Below, in pieces: positions 60,889-64,000 of a stretch of DNA of 64,000 nt. Source of the DNA: a cyanobacterium endosymbiont of Rhopalodia gibba (GTDB lineage: Bacteria; Cyanobacteriota; Cyanobacteriia; Cyanobacteriales; Microcystaceae); assembly GCA_045159875.1 (NCBI GenBank), contig CP067995.1, forward strand, positions 2,016,001-2,080,000, given 5' to 3'. The notes under the pieces were generated by a model. The model was not told where the DNA came from. It was given only the letters and a program-made list of their open reading frames with translations, and did no database searches. The number at the start of each line of letters is the position of its first letter. The first letter of the stretch is position 1. The position numbers were made by a program, and so were the translations under genes.

Positions 60889-61329
60889 ATACGTTCTTCC
60901 TGAAATACTATTAATTTTTAGTCTAGAGTAGTTCGGGTAGGAGTGACACGAATATAATTATTTGACTTTTGGAACTAAGTTTTAAAAAATGTAGAAGTTT
61001 GACTAAAGTTAATAGTACTTTTGATAATTAATCAAACAATTTTAATCAGTTTTTTACCATCATCAATATATCTTTTTCAAAAAAAATAATTATATTTAAT
61101 TAATTAGGATAAAAAATGTCAACTCCAAAAGTGAAATTTTAGTAAGTCTTCACAAATAAAACCTTGAATAAGGCATTTTAGATGAACTAAGGTTTCTTCA
61201 AAACTTACTTTCTAAACAATGTTTGAAAGCAAGGAATAAAGTTAATCTTTAAGACACTAAAGGCACTGTTAGTTATATGCAAAATTTTTTGAACAATAAG
61301 CACTCTAATAAAGTAGATTTACTTTCCAG

Positions 61330-61364
61330 AATCAATGCTTTAGTTATAACTAAAGCATTGATTT
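61330..61364. repeat. Perfect inverted repeat
   Basis: AATCAATGCTTTAGTT-TAT-AACTAAAGCATTGATT. Confidence 0.8.
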
Positions 61365-61720
61365 TATCGCTTATTTAATTTTGAAAAATCAATAATTAGC
61401 TCTGGAACTTTCAGTTTCAAACTTAGCATTTAACTTGATAAATATAATTAATTTAAAAAGTCAAAATCTATGTTAGCCTATATAGAAGTATCTTCCTGTT
61501 TTGTTCTTACTTGTTTTTTTATGTTTCAATCAAGTTGGTTAATATGGAGGAGCATCTAAAATACTTCAGAAAAAGTAAGGATAATATATGATATTTTGTG
61601 TAATACCTGTAAATATTTTACTAGCAATTATTGTCTAAATTATCCAATAAATCCATCAAGAGCCAGCATAGAAGAAAGCATCAATTGTATTAATTATAGT
61701 TCAGTCTCAAGTATTGATTT

Positions 61721-62557
61721 ATGAAAATAGGAATTATTGGACTGGGTTTAATTGGGGGATCGTTAGGGTTAGATCTACGAGAGCACGGCCATACTATCCT
61801 AGGAGTTTCCCGTAAAGAAAACACCTGTAAACGGGCCATAGAACGCGGAGTAGTTGATGAAGCTAGTCTTGATTTACAATCATTAAGTGATGCAGATATC
61901 ATTTTTATTTGTACTCCCATCGGATTAATTATTCCTACGTTAGAACAGTTAATTTCTCATTTAAAAGCAAAAACAATTGTTACTGATGTGGGTTCAGTTA
62001 AAACGTCAATTGTAGAACAAGGTTCTAGGTTGTGGGATAAATTTATTGGAGGACATCCTATGGCTGGAACTGCAGAACAGGGAATAGACGCAGCACAAAA
62101 AAAACTATTTAAGAATGCTCCCTATGTTATTACACCAACTCAAAATAATCTCTCTAAAGACGTTGAGATACTTGAAACAATAGCGAATGAATTAGGAGCT
62201 AAGGTTTATATTTGTACCTCAGAAAATCATGATTGTGCAGTTGCTTGGATCTCCCATTTACCAGTTATGATTAGTGCTAGTTTAATTAGTGCTTGTTTAG
62301 CAGAAAAAGAAGATTCTATTTTGAAATTAGCTCAAAATTTAGCTAGTTCAGGATTTAGGGACACCAGTAGGGTCGGTGGAGGAAACCCTGAATTGGGAGT
62401 AATGATGGCAGAATATAATCAAAAAGCATTGTTGCAATCACTCTCAGAATATCGTCAACAATTAGACCAAATCATTAGTTTGATTGAGGATAAAAATTGG
62501 CAAAAGTTAAGGCTAATTCTAAAAAAAACTAAGCAAAAAAGAAATAATTTTTTGTGA
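61721..62557 (+). CDS. tyrA: Prephenate/arogenate dehydrogenase
   Basis: IGLGLIGGS, TDVGSVK, GGHPMAG, HD..VA.ISHLP and GFRDTSRV. Confidence 0.95.
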   Translation: MKIGIIGLGLIGGSLGLDLREHGHTILGVSRKENTCKRAIERGVVDEASLDLQSLSDADIIFICTPIGLIIPTLEQLISHLKAKTIVTDVGSVKTSIVEQGSRLWDKFIGGHPMAGTAEQGIDAAQKKLFKNAPYVITPTQNNLSKDVEILETIANELGAKVYICTSENHDCAVAWISHLPVMISASLISACLAEKEDSILKLAQNLASSGFRDTSRVGGGNPELGVMMAEYNQKALLQSLSEYRQQLDQIISLIEDKNWQKLRLILKKTKQKRNNFL

Positions 62558-62898
62558 TTAAAATAGCATAAAATTACCTTTAGTATGATAAAAAAATTGA
62601 ATTTAGTTGTTTACTTTCTAAATGAATACTTACCTAATTTGAAAAAAGCTAAATATTCATTTATTAAAATTGCTAAATATTGTTAAGCGATAGAACTCTA
62701 TCTAAGTTTAATATTTATTTTTAAGTGAAGATTAATGACAATTATAGCGCTCAAACTGATTAATAATTATGGTATTCTACAACAAATTACACAGCAAAGT
62801 AGTTTCGTAAAAAAAATCGGAGATCTTTCAAAGAAACCTGTACAGTAGATCAAAATGATTTTTGCCGATACCATACCATAGCTGATATAAAGATTCGG

Positions 62899-64000
62899 AT
62901 GAGTACACTAACTTCGACATTACCTCTACTTGACTTAGTCTCTAAGCTACCCCTGTTGACCACAGTAACCCAAGACGAGGCTGACGGCGCATTAGTTTTA
63001 GCCAGTGTCCTTTTGAGTTTAGTGGTTGTTTATTTTGCCAGTAAACTCGGAGGAGAGCTCTGTTTTCGGATTAATCTTCCCCCCGTGTTAGGGGAGCTAG
63101 TTGGAGGTGTCGCTGTCGGAGTTTCAGCCCTAGGGTTATTAGTCTTTCCTGAAGGAGGGGCAACTGCCGACGATTCAGCCCTCATGCAATTTTTGCAACT
63201 GACTGCAGATTTAACCCCCGAAGGTATACAAGCCATATTTTCAGCTCAAGGAGAATTTATTTCTGTCTTGTCGGAATTAGGGGTCATAATTCTATTATTT
63301 GAAATTGGCTTAGAATCTAATCTGAAAGAATTAATTCGTGTTGGACCCCAAGCAGTGATTATTGCTATTAGCGGTGTTGTTACTCCTTTTATTCTGGGGA
63401 CATTAGGTTTAGTCTATTTATTCAACATTCCCGTGATTCCTTCTGTGTTTGCAGGAGCTGCTTTAACTGCTACTAGTATTGGGATTACTGCCAAGGTGTT
63501 GGCCGAAATTGGTCGTTTAAATTCTTCAGAAGGACAAATCATTATTGGGGCGGCTGTTTTAGACGACATCCTAGGAATTATTATTCTGGCAGTTGTGAGT
63601 AGTTTAGTTAAAACTGGTGAGATTCAAGTAGTCAATCTTGTTTATCTTGTTATTAGTGCTGCAGCCTTTTTAATTGGTGCGATTCTAATTGGCCGACTGT
63701 TAAGTCCTCTTTACGTTAAATTAGTTAATGAGATGAAGACTAGAGGACAACTTCTACTGATTTCTTTAAGTTTTGCTTTTGTTTTATCTTACATTGCTCA
63801 GGTGATTCAATTAGAAGCGATTCTTGGTTCTTTTACAGCTGGTTTGATTCTTGCAGAAACTGAGAAACGAAAAGAACTTGAAGAACAAATTGTCGCTGTC
63901 TCTGATATTTTTGTCCCGATTTTCTTTGTCTGTGTAGGAGCAAAAACAAATTTAAGTGTCTTAAATCCAACAATTCCCAGTAACCGAGAAGGGTTAATTA
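62899..64000 (+). CDS. Na+/H+ antiporter, CPA2 family (NhaS3-like), runs off the window end
   Basis: Open frame from ATG 62899: LASVLLSLVVVYFASKLGGELC..LPPVLGELVGG, LLFEIGLES, ATSIGITAKVL, GAAVLDDILG; absent from the ORF track because there is no stop in the window. Confidence 0.92.
   Translation, partial: MSTLTSTLPLLDLVSKLPLLTTVTQDEADGALVLASVLLSLVVVYFASKLGGELCFRINLPPVLGELVGGVAVGVSALGLLVFPEGGATADDSALMQFLQLTADLTPEGIQAIFSAQGEFISVLSELGVIILLFEIGLESNLKELIRVGPQAVIIAISGVVTPFILGTLGLVYLFNIPVIPSVFAGAALTATSIGITAKVLAEIGRLNSSEGQIIIGAAVLDDILGIIILAVVSSLVKTGEIQVVNLVYLVISAAAFLIGAILIGRLLSPLYVKLVNEMKTRGQLLLISLSFAFVLSYIAQVIQLEAILGSFTAGLILAETEKRKELEEQIVAVSDIFVPIFFVCVGAKTNLSVLNPTIPSNREGLI

Noticed and set aside
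2036..63236. Numerous short antisense ORFs in the track (e.g. 2036..2401, 13721..13984, 15271..15576, 25128..25478, 29752..29961, 60020..60304, 63030..63236)
   Set aside because: They are shadows on the opposite strand of well-supported genes and have no recognisable motifs
1..64000. CRISPR array or cas genes
   Set aside because: No regularly spaced direct repeats seen; the palindromes are isolated and unrelated in sequence

Overview
Cyanobacterial chromosome segment of Chroococcales type (Rippkaea/Crocosphaera/Cyanothece-like) from a genome undergoing reductive evolution. By my tally of the intact ORFs, only about 55% of the window is coding. Intact housekeeping genes are sat, a pyrC-like gene, rsmE, ubiX, a hisN-like gene, gatB, metH, ispG, rpsT-tatD-rpoB-rpoC2, a ycf29-like regulator, tRNA-Phe, a Dam-family methylase, mnmG, ubiD, ycf66, citrate synthase, lepA, surE, lpdA, tyrA and an nhaS3-like antiporter. 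They are separated by long, very AT-rich spacers that still hold readable gene fossils missing from the ORF track: psbX (photosystem II), menG (phylloquinone), a ggtD-like sugar ABC permease, an IS200/IS605 TnpB with its right end, a LysR-pirin-drgA stress module, an alpha/beta hydrolase and a flavoprotein disulfide reductase. This pattern fits a non-photosynthetic cyanobacterial endosymbiont such as a rhopalodiacean diatom spheroid body; that assignment is inference. Other notable signals are many perfect long palindromes in decayed spacers, eroded HIP1 sites, relic REP-like repeats, a candidate sRNA upstream of the TnpB relic, and an atypical (NVE-type) citrate synthase. I found no CRISPR array and no intact novel multi-gene system. 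All family assignments come from recalled motifs, not database searches.
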